NCBI GenBank assembly: GCA_963700285.1
Contig: CAVOXA010000009.1
Location: 256,001-320,000, forward strand
Reading direction: 5' to 3'
Origin: an uncultured Chloroflexia bacterium
GTDB lineage: Bacteria; Chloroflexota; Anaerolineae; JAAYZQ01
Length of the DNA stretch: 64,000 nucleotides
Under the pieces are notes generated by a model. It was not told where the DNA came from and ran no database searches. It saw only the letters and a list, made by a program, of their open reading frames with translations. Below, in pieces: positions 21,401 to 31,725 of the stretch. How positions within the stretch are numbered: position 1 is the first letter of the stretch; the number at the start of each line of letters is the position of its first letter. Made by a program: the position numbers and the translations under genes.

Positions 21401-21987
21401 CAGTGGACGGGGCGCTGGCCAGTACGCCGGTGGGTGTGGCCAAAACCCTGCGCTCAGGACGGCCCGGGCTGCAGGCCGCGGCGGGCGAACAGATGCCGCT
21501 GACGCTGCGGGTGAACGGCGAACAACATCATGCCTGGGTGACCCCCAATGACCTGCTGCTCAACGTATTGCGAGAAGACTTGGAATTCACCGGTCCCAAG
21601 TATGGCTGCGGCATTGGCGAGTGCGGCGCGTGTACCGTGTTGCTCAACGGCCGGCCGGCCCTTGCCTGTCTCACGCTGGCGCTGGCGGCCGATGGAGCCG
21701 AGGTGGTGACGGTCGAAGGCCTCCAGGCCGCCGATGGGGCCTTGCACCCTCTGCAGGAGGCTTTCCTCGATCACCAGGCTTTCCAGTGCGGCTACTGCAC
21801 GCCCGGTATCCTGATGATGTCCAAGACGCTGTTGGATGATATCCCGGTACCGGACGAGGACGACGTACGCGATTACCTGCGCGGCAATCGTTGCCGGTGT
21901 ACCGGTTTCGCCAGCATTGTCCGCGCTGTTCTGAGCAGCGTACAACAACCGCATGGCGCGCTACCGGATATTGGGCGCCAGGATTAG
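21379..21987 (+). CDS. 2Fe-2S subunit 1 (CoxS/XdhC type)
   Basis: GCGIGECGACTV...C, QCGYCTPG, CRCTG. Confidence 0.9.
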   Translation: MQPRKGPAVDGALASTPVGVAKTLRSGRPGLQAAAGEQMPLTLRVNGEQHHAWVTPNDLLLNVLREDLEFTGPKYGCGIGECGACTVLLNGRPALACLTLALAADGAEVVTVEGLQAADGALHPLQEAFLDHQAFQCGYCTPGILMMSKTLLDDIPVPDEDDVRDYLRGNRCRCTGFASIVRAVLSSVQQPHGALPDIGRQD

Positions 21988-22003
21988 GATATTGGAGGGT
22001 TCA

Positions 22004-22870
22004 ATGCTACCAGTGTACAGTTCGCTGCAGCCGGCGACGTTGGACGAGGCGCTTGGCGTGCTGGCCGGAGTGGATGACGTGCTGCCCATCGCCGGCGGCA
22101 CCAATGTAGTCATGGCCATGCGCGATGGACAGCACCGGGGCAAGACGCTAATGGATGTGACCCGGTTGGCAGAGTTGCGTGGCATCCGCCTGGAAAATGG
22201 ACACGTGGTTATCGGCGGCGGCACCACGGCCGCCGAATTGCTGGACTCCACACTCATAGCCGAACACGCCCGACCTCTGCACCAGGCCTCCCGGGTCTTT
22301 GCCAACCCGCTGATCCGCAACCGGGCTACCGTAGCGGGCAACATCGCGGACGCTTCCCCGGCAGCCGATATGGTCCCGCCCCTGCTGGTTCTGGATGCGG
22401 AGGTGGACCTGGTCAGCGCATCCGGGAGCCGCTGGATCCCGTTGGACCAGTTCATGGTGGGCGTCAACCAGACCATGCGGCAGCCCGACGAGTTGATCGT
22501 CTCCCTCCGCTGGCCGATCCCCACGGCGTGTAGTGCGGGCGCTTTCCACAAACTGGCATTGCGCAAAGGGAGCGCTTGTTCAGTGCTGAGTGTGGCGGTG
22601 CTGGTTCAAGCCAACAGCGCCGGGCACGTCTCTCTGGCCAGGATTGCGATGGGGGCGTTGGCCGCCAAGCCCGTCCGTGCTTACCAAGCTGAAGACGTGC
22701 TGGCAGGCAAAGCCCTGACAGACAATGTCATCGAAGTTGCCGCCCGATTGGCGGCAGAGTCGACAGAGCCCATCGACGACGTGCGCGGGACGGCCTCCTA
22801 TCGCCGGCGCATGGCCGGCGTATTGACCCGACGCTTGCTCACAGAGGCGGCGGAGCTGGGGCAGGAGTGA
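22004..22870 (+). CDS. Xanthine dehydrogenase-family FAD-binding subunit 2
   Basis: 'IAGGTN', 'IRNRATVAGNIADASPAAD', 'PIDDVRGTASYR'; ATG 22004 behind GGAGG. Confidence 0.92.
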   Translation: MLPVYSSLQPATLDEALGVLAGVDDVLPIAGGTNVVMAMRDGQHRGKTLMDVTRLAELRGIRLENGHVVIGGGTTAAELLDSTLIAEHARPLHQASRVFANPLIRNRATVAGNIADASPAADMVPPLLVLDAEVDLVSASGSRWIPLDQFMVGVNQTMRQPDELIVSLRWPIPTACSAGAFHKLALRKGSACSVLSVAVLVQANSAGHVSLARIAMGALAAKPVRAYQAEDVLAGKALTDNVIEVAARLAAESTEPIDDVRGTASYRRRMAGVLTRRLLTEAAELGQE

Positions 22871-22874
22871 TGCA

Positions 22875-23375
22875 ATGACACCGAAACTGGTAGCACTCAA
22901 CGTAAACGGCCGGACGCACCACGTCGCCCTCGAGCCTCACATTACCTTGCTGCGGGCCTTGCGCGAGCTTGGCTACACCGATGTGAAGAACGGCTGCGAA
23001 AAAGGTGAATGCGGGGCCTGCGCCGTGCTCCTGGATGGCGCTGCAGTCAACAGTTGCCTGGTGCTGGCTTGGCAGGCCGACGGTGTAGAGATCGTGACCA
23101 ACGCTGGGCTGGGGACGATGGATGCCCCCCACCCATTGCAGAAAGCCTTCGCCGACCACGGCGCGGTCCAGTGCGGTTATTGCACGCCTGGCATGATCGT
23201 CTCTGCCAAGGCATTGCTGGATCGAGAGCCAGATCCAAGTGAGGAGGAGATCCGCGAGGCGCTCTCAGGCAATCTCTGTCGCTGTACCGGCTATGGGCAG
23301 ATCTTTGAGGCGGTCAGGGTTGCCGCAGCCGAGATCCGGTCAGACACGGCTCGGTACGAGAAGGGAGGTGCATGA
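22875..23375 (+). CDS. 2Fe-2S subunit 2 (CoxS/XdhC type)
   Basis: GCEKGECGAC, QCGYCTPG, GNLCRCTGY. Confidence 0.95.
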   Translation: MTPKLVALNVNGRTHHVALEPHITLLRALRELGYTDVKNGCEKGECGACAVLLDGAAVNSCLVLAWQADGVEIVTNAGLGTMDAPHPLQKAFADHGAVQCGYCTPGMIVSAKALLDREPDPSEEEIREALSGNLCRCTGYGQIFEAVRVAAAEIRSDTARYEKGGA

Positions 23376-25765
23376 TGGAGGCACGATACAGGGCCAAGCC
23401 ACTCCCGCCCGTCAATCTGCCGGAACTCCGCCAGGTGGGCAAACCTTTGCGCCGGATAGATGCCATGGGCAAGGCGGTGGGTCACACCACCTATGCCGGT
23501 GATTATTCCATGCCCAACATGCTCCACGCCAAGGTTCTCCGCAGCACCGAGCCGCATGCCCGGATCGTGTACCTGGATGTAAGCCGGGCTGCTGAGTTGC
23601 CGGGTGTGGCCTGCGTGCTCACAGCCGCCGATATGGAAAACGCCGGAAAACTCACCACCGATCTGCCGGGCCAGACCGGGCAGCAGCGACGGGCCGGCTC
23701 CGACGCTCAGGTGCTGGCGGCCGAGATCGTCCGTTTTATGGGTGAACCCATCGCTCTGGTGGCGGCCGAGACCGTCGAGATTGCCGAGCAAGCGCTGAGA
23801 CTGATCGAGGTCGAGTATGAGCCCCTGCCCGGTGTGTTTGACCCTCACAAAGCACTCGAGCCCGGCGCCCCCGTGATCTACGAGCCGGATAACCTGGTCG
23901 CCAGGTGGAAGATCCGCCGGGGGGATGTGGACAAGGGCATGGCGGCGGCCGACTTGATCGTAGAGAACACCTTCCGGGTCCCCTTCCAGGACCATGCCTA
24001 CATCGAGCCTGAAGCGGGCCTGGCCTGGGTGGATGGGCAGGGTGTGATTAACATCCGGGTCTGTACCCAGGTGGTGGAGCATTTCCGCAGCATCGCTCGC
24101 GCTTTGGGGGTACCCCAGAATAAGATCCGTGTGCGCGGAACGCTGCTGGGTGGCGGCTTTGGTGGCAAGGAGGATATCACGGTAGAGATCTTTTTGGCGC
24201 TTCTTGCTCAAAAGACCGGCCAACCAGTCCGCCTGGCCTACACCCGTGAGGAGTCCTTGATCGGCCATTCCAAACGCCATCCCTTCACCATCACCCATCG
24301 TACCGGCGTGCAGCGCAATGGCCGGCTAACGGCGGCTGAGATCAAGCTGGTGGCTGATTCGGGCGCCTATCCCTACCTCAGCCCCTACGTCCTGCTCTAC
24401 GCTACGGCCATGTCCAGCGGCCCGTACCGCATTCCTCACCTCAAGGTCGATGGCTATGCGGCTGCCACGAATCAGACATTCGCCAGCGCCTTCCGTGGCT
24501 TTGGCGGTCCGCAGGCCTGCTTTGCCTATGAGGGTCAGATGGACGCCATCGCCGAGGCGCTGAACATGGACCCTCTGGAGTTGCGCAAGATCAACTACCT
24601 GCACACGGGCGATCCCATCGCCACCGGACAGGTCATTGACAGCGCGGCTTGGCTGGAAGAGACGGCAAGCCGCGCGCTGGCAGCCCTGGGGGAAAAGACG
24701 CCCAACCACGGCCCGGTCAAGACGGGCTGGGGCTTTGCGTCCTATTTTCAGTCGTATGGCCGCATAACCTGGATGCACGATACCAGCCGCGCCTGGGTAG
24801 GTCTGGAACTGGATGGCACGGCCGTGATCCGCAGCGGTGTGCCGGACCTGGGTGCGGGACAGATCAACACCCTGGCCCAGATCACGGCCGAGATCCTGGG
24901 CGTGTCGCTGCACGACATCACCGTATACAGTACCGACTCGGCCGTGACACCGCTGGCCGGTACCTCCACAGCTACCCGGCAACTCTACATGTCCGGCAAC
25001 GCGGTGAGCATGGCGGCCAACGCCGTCCGGCAGGTACTGCTGGAGCGGGCACAGAGGCATTTTGAGGAGGAAATCGAGGATCTGGACCTGGCCGATGGGC
25101 GGGTGTTCGTCAAGGGCGATCCGGACCAGTCGATGCCGCTTAGCGAACTGGCGGCGATCTGTGCCGCCGAGGGGCTGGAGCTGTCCAATCTAGCCCAATT
25201 CAATGCTCCCTTTACCGGCCCGCTGGACCCCGAGACCGGCCAGGGGCGGATCTGGCCTGATTTCACCTTCGGCGCCCATGCCGTGGAGGTGGCCGTGGAT
25301 ATGGAGACCGGCCAGGTGGATATCCTCAAGAGCATCGGCTGCCACGACGTGGGCCGGGCCATCAACCCCGATGCCTGCGAGGGCCAGATCGTCGGCGGTG
25401 CACACCAGGGCCTGGGCTACGCCATGTTGGAAGGATACCGCATGAAAGAGGGGCGGGTTGTTACGCCATCGCTGGCCGAGTATCTCCTCCCCACTGCCGT
25501 AGACTTTGTGCCCAGCCAGGCCATCATCCTGGAATCGGGTACCGGCAAAGGGCCGTTTGGTTCGAAAGGGATCGGTGAACCAGCCCTGACACCAGCCGCA
25601 GCGGCTGTGGCAAACGCTGTCGCCGACGCGGTTGGAGCCCGTGTCTACGAGCTGCCGCTGACGCCCGAGCGGGTGTTGGCGGCTATCGATCAGGCCCAGT
25701 CCGGCCAGCTCTGGCACAAAAAACGGGGCGAACCCAGCGCAGAAGTCCCATCCGACCCTCAGTAA
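23372..25765 (+). CDS. Xanthine dehydrogenase-family molybdopterin-binding subunit 2
   Basis: 'HAYIEPE', 'GGGFGGKE', 'AFRGFGGPQ', 'DLGAGQ', 'SKGIGEP'. Confidence 0.95.
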   Translation: MMEARYRAKPLPPVNLPELRQVGKPLRRIDAMGKAVGHTTYAGDYSMPNMLHAKVLRSTEPHARIVYLDVSRAAELPGVACVLTAADMENAGKLTTDLPGQTGQQRRAGSDAQVLAAEIVRFMGEPIALVAAETVEIAEQALRLIEVEYEPLPGVFDPHKALEPGAPVIYEPDNLVARWKIRRGDVDKGMAAADLIVENTFRVPFQDHAYIEPEAGLAWVDGQGVINIRVCTQVVEHFRSIARALGVPQNKIRVRGTLLGGGFGGKEDITVEIFLALLAQKTGQPVRLAYTREESLIGHSKRHPFTITHRTGVQRNGRLTAAEIKLVADSGAYPYLSPYVLLYATAMSSGPYRIPHLKVDGYAAATNQTFASAFRGFGGPQACFAYEGQMDAIAEALNMDPLELRKINYLHTGDPIATGQVIDSAAWLEETASRALAALGEKTPNHGPVKTGWGFASYFQSYGRITWMHDTSRAWVGLELDGTAVIRSGVPDLGAGQINTLAQITAEILGVSLHDITVYSTDSAVTPLAGTSTATRQLYMSGNAVSMAANAVRQVLLERAQRHFEEEIEDLDLADGRVFVKGDPDQSMPLSELAAICAAEGLELSNLAQFNAPFTGPLDPETGQGRIWPDFTFGAHAVEVAVDMETGQVDILKSIGCHDVGRAINPDACEGQIVGGAHQGLGYAMLEGYRMKEGRVVTPSLAEYLLPTAVDFVPSQAIILESGTGKGPFGSKGIGEPALTPAAAAVANAVADAVGARVYELPLTPERVLAAIDQAQSGQLWHKKRGEPSAEVPSDPQ

Positions 25766-25774
25766 GGAGAAGTA

Positions 25775-27142
25775 GTGGTGGAGATAAAGTACGATCTATT
25801 GTTCGCCGGCGGTACGGTGGTCACTGGCCAGGGCATGCAGCTGGCCGACGTGGGGGTCTGGGGAGAAAAACTGGCAGCCATCGGCCGGGATCTGCCTCAA
25901 GAGGCAGCCAGGGAGGTCATTGACGCCAGTGGCAAGTACATCCTGCCAGGCGCTATCGATGTGCACGTGCACCCTGTCTATCTCGACAGCGTGGAGCACT
26001 GTTCTGCCCTGGCCGCTTATGGCGGAACCACGACCGTGATCCATTTTGCCTACGCTCGTACCGGAGAAAGCTTGCTGGACAAGGTCGAGGAGATGAGGGC
26101 GGACGGGTTGGCCAACTCCCGGCTGGACTTTGGCCTTCATGGTGGCATGTTTGAGGCTCCCCGTCAAGTGCCCGAGATCCCAAAAGTGATGGATCTGGGC
26201 GTCCGCTCGTTCAAGTTCTTCCTGACCTACCTCAAGCAGGGCTGGTACACCGATGACTACCAGTTGATCAAGGCCATGGATATCCTGGCAGAACAGGGTG
26301 GCATGGCCATGGTCCATGCTGAGAACGGCGGCGCCATCGATTACCTGGAAGACAAATACCTGAAGGGCCCGGGGGCATCGGCCCGTTACTTTAATGCTTC
26401 CCGGCCTGCCGCACTGGAGGAGGAAGCTGCTTTCCGCTCGATCCGCCTGGCAGAGCTTGTAGATTGCCCGCTGTACATCGCTCACGTAACCTCGGCGCGG
26501 ACGGTTGACCTTATCCGCCGCGAGCAGGCTGCCGGACGCAAGGTCTTTGCCGAGACCTGTCCTCAATACCTGACCCTTACCCAAGAGATCATCGAGGAGC
26601 GTGGGGCGCTGGCCAAGATCGGGCCGCCCATCCGATCGGCCGCTGACCGTGACGCGATATGGGCCGGCCTGAGGGATGGCACGCTGCAAGCAGTCTCTTC
26701 GGATCACGCGGCCAAGGCCAAAGATGTGAACGGCGATTTCCTGGAGCAGGGTTTTGGCTCGCCGCAGATGGAAACGCTCCTGCCGCTGGTATACGATGGC
26801 GGCGTGAATCGGGGCCGGATCAGCCTGGTCCGGCTGGTTCAAGTGCTGTGCGAAAACCCGGCCCGCATCTTTGGTCTCTACCCGCGCAAGGGTACTCTGG
26901 CCATCGGCTCGGACGCCGACTTGGTGGTTTTGGATCCCAACCACGAGTTCACCATTCGCTCAGAGAACCAGCACTCGAAGGCTGGCTATACCTTGTACGA
27001 GGGACGTACGGTTCTGGGTTGGCCAGAGATGTCCTTCCAGCGCGGGCAGCCCGTCCTCTGGCAGGGGCAGGTGGTAGCGAAACCCGGCGGTGCCCATTTC
27101 CTGCCGGTACAGCCAGCCCAAATCGAACCACTGACCGTCTGA
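25775..27142 (+). CDS. Cyclic amidohydrolase (dihydropyrimidinase/hydantoinase/allantoinase family)
   Basis: PGAIDVHVH, GGTTT, SFKFF (carboxylated Lys), HAEN, HVT, ETCPQYL, SDHA, GSDADLV. Confidence 0.92.
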   Translation: MVEIKYDLLFAGGTVVTGQGMQLADVGVWGEKLAAIGRDLPQEAAREVIDASGKYILPGAIDVHVHPVYLDSVEHCSALAAYGGTTTVIHFAYARTGESLLDKVEEMRADGLANSRLDFGLHGGMFEAPRQVPEIPKVMDLGVRSFKFFLTYLKQGWYTDDYQLIKAMDILAEQGGMAMVHAENGGAIDYLEDKYLKGPGASARYFNASRPAALEEEAAFRSIRLAELVDCPLYIAHVTSARTVDLIRREQAAGRKVFAETCPQYLTLTQEIIEERGALAKIGPPIRSAADRDAIWAGLRDGTLQAVSSDHAAKAKDVNGDFLEQGFGSPQMETLLPLVYDGGVNRGRISLVRLVQVLCENPARIFGLYPRKGTLAIGSDADLVVLDPNHEFTIRSENQHSKAGYTLYEGRTVLGWPEMSFQRGQPVLWQGQVVAKPGGAHFLPVQPAQIEPLTV

Positions 27143-27168
27143 CTCGAATCACGGCTGTTTCGCATACC

Positions 27169-27197
27169 CGTCATCCTGAGTGCAGCGAAGGATCTCG
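27169..27197 (+). repeat. REP-like fragment
   Basis: GTCATCCTGAGTGCAGCGAAGGATCTC, a common intergenic REP type. Confidence 0.55.
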
Positions 27198-27213
27198 GTA
27201 ACTGGAGGAACAC

Positions 27214-29081
27214 TTGGAACCAAAGATACTCACCGGAAGCGAAGCGTTGGCCATGGGCGCGCTGCGCGCCGGGGTGAAGGTCGTGACAGGCTACCCCGGC
27301 ACGCCATCTACCGGAGCCATTGACCAGCCTGCTCAAGATGGACTTGCCGGACCGCCACGTGGAGTGGAGTACCAACGAAAAGGTAGCCTTTGAGATTGCC
27401 GCCGGGGCGGCTTGGGCCGGCCAGCGGGCAATGTGTACCATGAAGATGTCGGGGGTCAACGTGGCCTACGACTCACTGATCTCCATCGCCTATTCCGGCG
27501 TCAATGGCGGTCTGGTAATCTATGTAGCCGACGATCCTGGCGTGAGCGCGGGTATGTGCGAGCAGGATACGCGCGGTTTCGCGCTTATGAGCGACCTGCC
27601 CATCCTAGAACCGGCCACGGTGGCAGAGGCCTACGAGTTGGTCCCGGTGGCCTTTGATCTCTCCGAGCAGACCGGCACCCCGGTCTTTGTCCGCTTGGTG
27701 ACGGCGCTGGCCAACTCATACGCGTCCGTGACCGTGGAGGAGCCCCTGCCTCCCGCCCTTCGCGAGCCGATTCTTGAGCGCGACATCGCCAAGTACACCA
27801 AGGCTGGTTCGCTCATCTGCCTGAACCAGCACCGCGACCTGATAGCACGCCTGGCAAAGTCGGCGGCAATCATCGAGCAGATGGGCATCAACCGGCTGCG
27901 CCTCGCGGAAAATGCTGGTGGGTTGGGCGTCGTGGCCGCTGGGGTGGTCAACTCCTACCTGGAAGAGGGTTTTGAGGTTACGGCCGAGTATGGTTCTGAC
28001 CGCGAGGCTGTCTCGGTACTAGAGGTCCGGGCCAGCCACCCGTTCCCGGCTCGTCAGGTGCAAGAGCTTCTGGCCCACTGTGGCGTCATCCTGGTACTGG
28101 AGGAGCTAGAGCCGTACCTGGAGCAGGGTGTGATCATGGAAGCCCAGCGGGCTGGCTTTGAAGGGCGTGTCGTGGGCAAGCTGGATGGGCCACTCAGCCG
28201 ACTGGGCGAATACGGCCTCAAGCAGGTAGTGGAGGGGCTGGCGGAGGCGCTGGATCTCTCGATCCCGCCAGGCCTGTTCCAGGGAAGCATAGAGGCGGAG
28301 ACCCTGGCCGCCGCCCGGCCCATCACCGTCTGCGCCGGATGCCCGCACCGCGGAACCTACCTGGCCATCAACCGGGCCTTGAGAAGACTGCGGTTCAAAA
28401 AGGACGAGGTGATGGTGACCGGCGACATCGGCTGCACCATCCTGGGTATGAACCCGCCCTTTGACACGGTCTGGAACGAGGTCTCGATGGGGGCCAGCAT
28501 CAGCCTGGCCCAGGGCTATGTCCACGGCGGCGTCGAGACCCCGGTCATTGCCACCATCGGCGATTCTACCTTCTTCCATGGCGGCATCCCGGGGCTGATC
28601 AACGCTGTGCAACACCAGGTTCCACTGACCCTCATCATCATGGACAACGGCTGGACGGCCATGACCGGTATGCAGGTCAACCCCGGTACGGCCGGTGCAT
28701 TCCAGTCTGGCGGGCAACAGGTGGATATCGCCAGGATCATCCCGGCGCTGGGCGTTGAGCACTTTTTTGAGATCGACCCCTTTGACCTGGCTGGCTCCGC
28801 AGCGGCGATCCAGGAGGCCCTGACCCTGCCCAGGGTCAAGGTGATACTGGCCCGGCAGGAGTGCGCTATCCAGTCCGTCCGGCACGGCGACCAGGCCGGC
28901 CTTGTCCAGGTCGATGCCGAAAAGTGCAACCTGTGCAAGCTGTGCATCATCCAGACCGGCTGTCCGGCTATTGATATCGGTCGAAGATACCATCGTGATC
29001 GATCCCAGCCTGTGCGACGGCTGCGGGCTGTGTGCGGAGGTATGTAACTTGGACGCCATCGTGAAAGAGCCAGCGCCATGA
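27214..29081 (+). CDS. iorA: Indolepyruvate:ferredoxin oxidoreductase alpha subunit (frameshifts near 27320 and 28980)
   Basis: TTG start behind GGAGG; 'GYPGTPST', 'NEKVAFE', 'DDPG', 'CAGCPHR', 'GDIGC', 'GDSTFFH', C-terminal CxxCxxC ferredoxin motifs. Confidence 0.88.
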
Positions 29082-29664
29082 AATTCGACCTGTATCTGGT
29101 TGGGGTAGGCGGCCAGGGTGTCCTGACCATCGGTGACGTCATCACGGAAGCGGCGCTGGGCTCGGGGATTCCAGCCAACTTTTATCCGACCAAAGGGATG
29201 GCCCAGCGCGGCGGTTTTGTCAAGGCTCAGGTGCGGTTGGGCCGCGCGATGGTGGGACCGCAGATCCCCGAGAAGGGCGCGGACCTGGCCATTGCCATGG
29301 AGCTTTCAGAATCGCTGCGGGCGGTGCGCTTTGTCAGGCCCGGCGGCGAATTTGCTGCTCTTTGGGCACGTGTGGCAGCCCACAGCCGTCATGCTGGACA
29401 AGGCGCCCTATCCTGGCCTGGAGGCCGTCGAGGAACAGGCAGCGGCCGCGGAGATCAGTCCTTCACTACCTTGACCCGGCGGGCGTACCGGTGCTCGATG
29501 GAAGGCCCGTCCCGGCCAATGTGTACGTGTTGGGCGCTGCCCTGGGCTTGACACGCCTGGGAAATGTGCTGGACCCCGCCGCGGTGGAGGAACTGGTCGT
29601 CTCCCGCTGGAAACGCGGCGTGGAAGCCAACCGGCTGGCATTCCGGGCCGGGCTAGAGGCTTAG
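29078..29664 (+). CDS. iorB: Indolepyruvate:ferredoxin oxidoreductase beta subunit (frameshifted)
   Basis: 'GVGGQG', 'GMAQRGG', 'ANVYVLGA', 'NRLAF..G'. Confidence 0.85.
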
Positions 29665-31723
29665 ATGGGCCTGCAGAGTCTGTTCTACCCGCGCGGGGTG
29701 GCCGTCATCGGATCTACGTCCCTGGGAAAACTGGGCTACCAGCTCATCCGCCAGTTGCAGGACGGTGGCTATCGGGCCGTGTACGCGGTGAACCCGACGG
29801 GCAAAGGGCTACCCGCAGACCAGGACCAGGCTGCCGTGCCAGGCTTTGCATCCATGATACAGATCGGCCCGCCCGTGGACCTGGCGGTGATCGTCTCTCC
29901 TACAAGTACCGTGCCGGCTGTGCTGGAGGATTGTGGTCGGGCGGGGATCAAGGCGGCCGTCATTATCACGGCCGGCTTCTCCGAGGTAGGCAATCACGCC
30001 GGAGAGGCGGAGGTGGCGCGTGTGGCACGGCAGTACGACATCCGCTTCGTAGGCCCCAACTGCGCTGGCATTGTCAACACGCTTCACAAGCTGACCCCCA
30101 CACTGGAGACCCTGCCGCCTGCTGGGAAGTGTATCGCTTATCGCCCAGAGCGGTGCCGTGGGTGGTGTGGTATTGGCCTGGGCCAAGGAATTCGGACTGG
30201 GCATCTCCAAGTTTGTGAGCTATGGCAACGGGGCGGACCTGCGCGAAGTCGAGTTGTTGCGCTACCTGGCCGGCGATCCGGACACGGACGTGGTGGCGCT
30301 GTACATCGAGAGCGTCAGCGACGGTCGAGCGTTCATGGAGGCAGCCCAGTACTGTACCCGGCACAAGCCCCTGCTGGTTATCAAATCCGGCCGGACCGAA
30401 TCGGGGCAGCGGGCGACCCTGTCCCATACCGGCTCGATGGCTGGTGCGGATGCGGTGTACGATGCGGCGCTGCAGCAGTGTGGGGCCATCCGTGTGCAAA
30501 CAGTGGAGGAGCTGTTTGACGCTTGCAAGGCCTTCAGCGTTCTGCCGCCGCTGGATGGCGACCGGGTTGTTATTGTGACCAATTCTGGCGGTCCGGGGGT
30601 GATGGCGGCGGATTGGGCGGAGGAGATTGGGCTGGACGTGGCCGAACCGAGTTCGATGGGCCAAGCTCGGCTTGCCGAGTTCCTGCCCCCCCACTGCGCC
30701 TTCAAGAATCCGGTGGACCTGACCGTCGAGGGCACCGAAGACGGCTATCGCCGGGCGCTATTGGCCCTGCTCGAAGAATATGACGCCGCGCTGGCCCTGA
30801 ATATCGCCCCGGCCTACCTTGACTCGGTGTCGCTGGCGCGTGGCGTCTGCGACGCGGCCAAAGGGAGCGGGAAGCCGGTCGCGGCGGCCTTTTTGCCTGC
30901 CCAGATCGTCAAGGATGCGCTGCCCTACCTGGAATCGCGGGGGATTCCCAGTTTTGCCACTGGAGAGCGGGCGGTGAGCGCGCTTGGTCACATGGCCCGT
31001 CACCAGGCCCGGCAGAAGGCTTGGCGGCAACCGCCAAGCCCTGACCCCGAACAACAGATCCCCGGACTCCTTCCTGGCTCGGTGCAGATGTTGGAACACG
31101 AGGCGATGGACTGGCTGAAGGCCAATGGGTTCCCCGTCCCGGACTATTGCTTTGCAGCCACGGCGGAAGGTGCTCTCCAGGGATGCCGCGAGATCGGTTA
31201 CCCGGTGGTGATGAAGGTCGTTTCGCCTGATATCCTGCACAAATCCGACGTGGGTGGGGTGGTCTTGCATGTCCAGGATGGCGCCGCGGCGGAAGCTGCG
31301 TTCTCCCGACTGCGCGACGCGGCCGCCGGCAAGGATTTTCGCGGCGTTGTCATCTACCCCATGCTCCAGGGGGCGCAGGAAGTCCTGCTGGGCCTTTCAA
31401 GGGACCCCCAGTTCGGCCCGGTAGTGGCCTGTGGCCTGGGCGGCGTCTATACCGAAGTCTGGCAGGATATCGCGTTGCGGGTGGCGCCGGTGGATACTCA
31501 GGAGGCCGGAGACATGATCAGAGAGCTCAAGTCGTTGCCCCTGCTTCAGGGTACGCGCGGCAAGCTTCCCTGCGACTTGGGTGCCCTGGCCGGCGTACTG
31601 GCCGAATTCTCTCAACTACCCTTCCGCTACCCGGATATCAGTGAGGTCGATCTCAACCCGGTCTTTGTCTTCCCCGAAGGGATTGTGGTGGGAGACGTAC
31701 GAATCATCAACAGGAGCAAGTGA
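29665..31723 (+). CDS. ADP-forming acyl-CoA synthetase (acetate--CoA ligase family, fused alpha/beta; frameshift near 30135)
   Basis: 'VAVIGST', 'GPNCAG', 'SYGNGAD', 'SHTGSMAG', 'NSGGPG', 'NPVDLT', ATP-grasp 'HKSDVGGV', 'DLNP'. Confidence 0.92.
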
Positions 31724-31725
31724 CT

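Noticed and set aside
5021-31723. Mass pseudogenisation or programmed frameshifting in glutamate synthase, helicase, xdh, ior and acd genes
   Set aside because: Single-base indels are scattered through many unrelated genes whose motifs are otherwise intact, with no shared slippery sites. Long-read consensus error is the simplest explanation.
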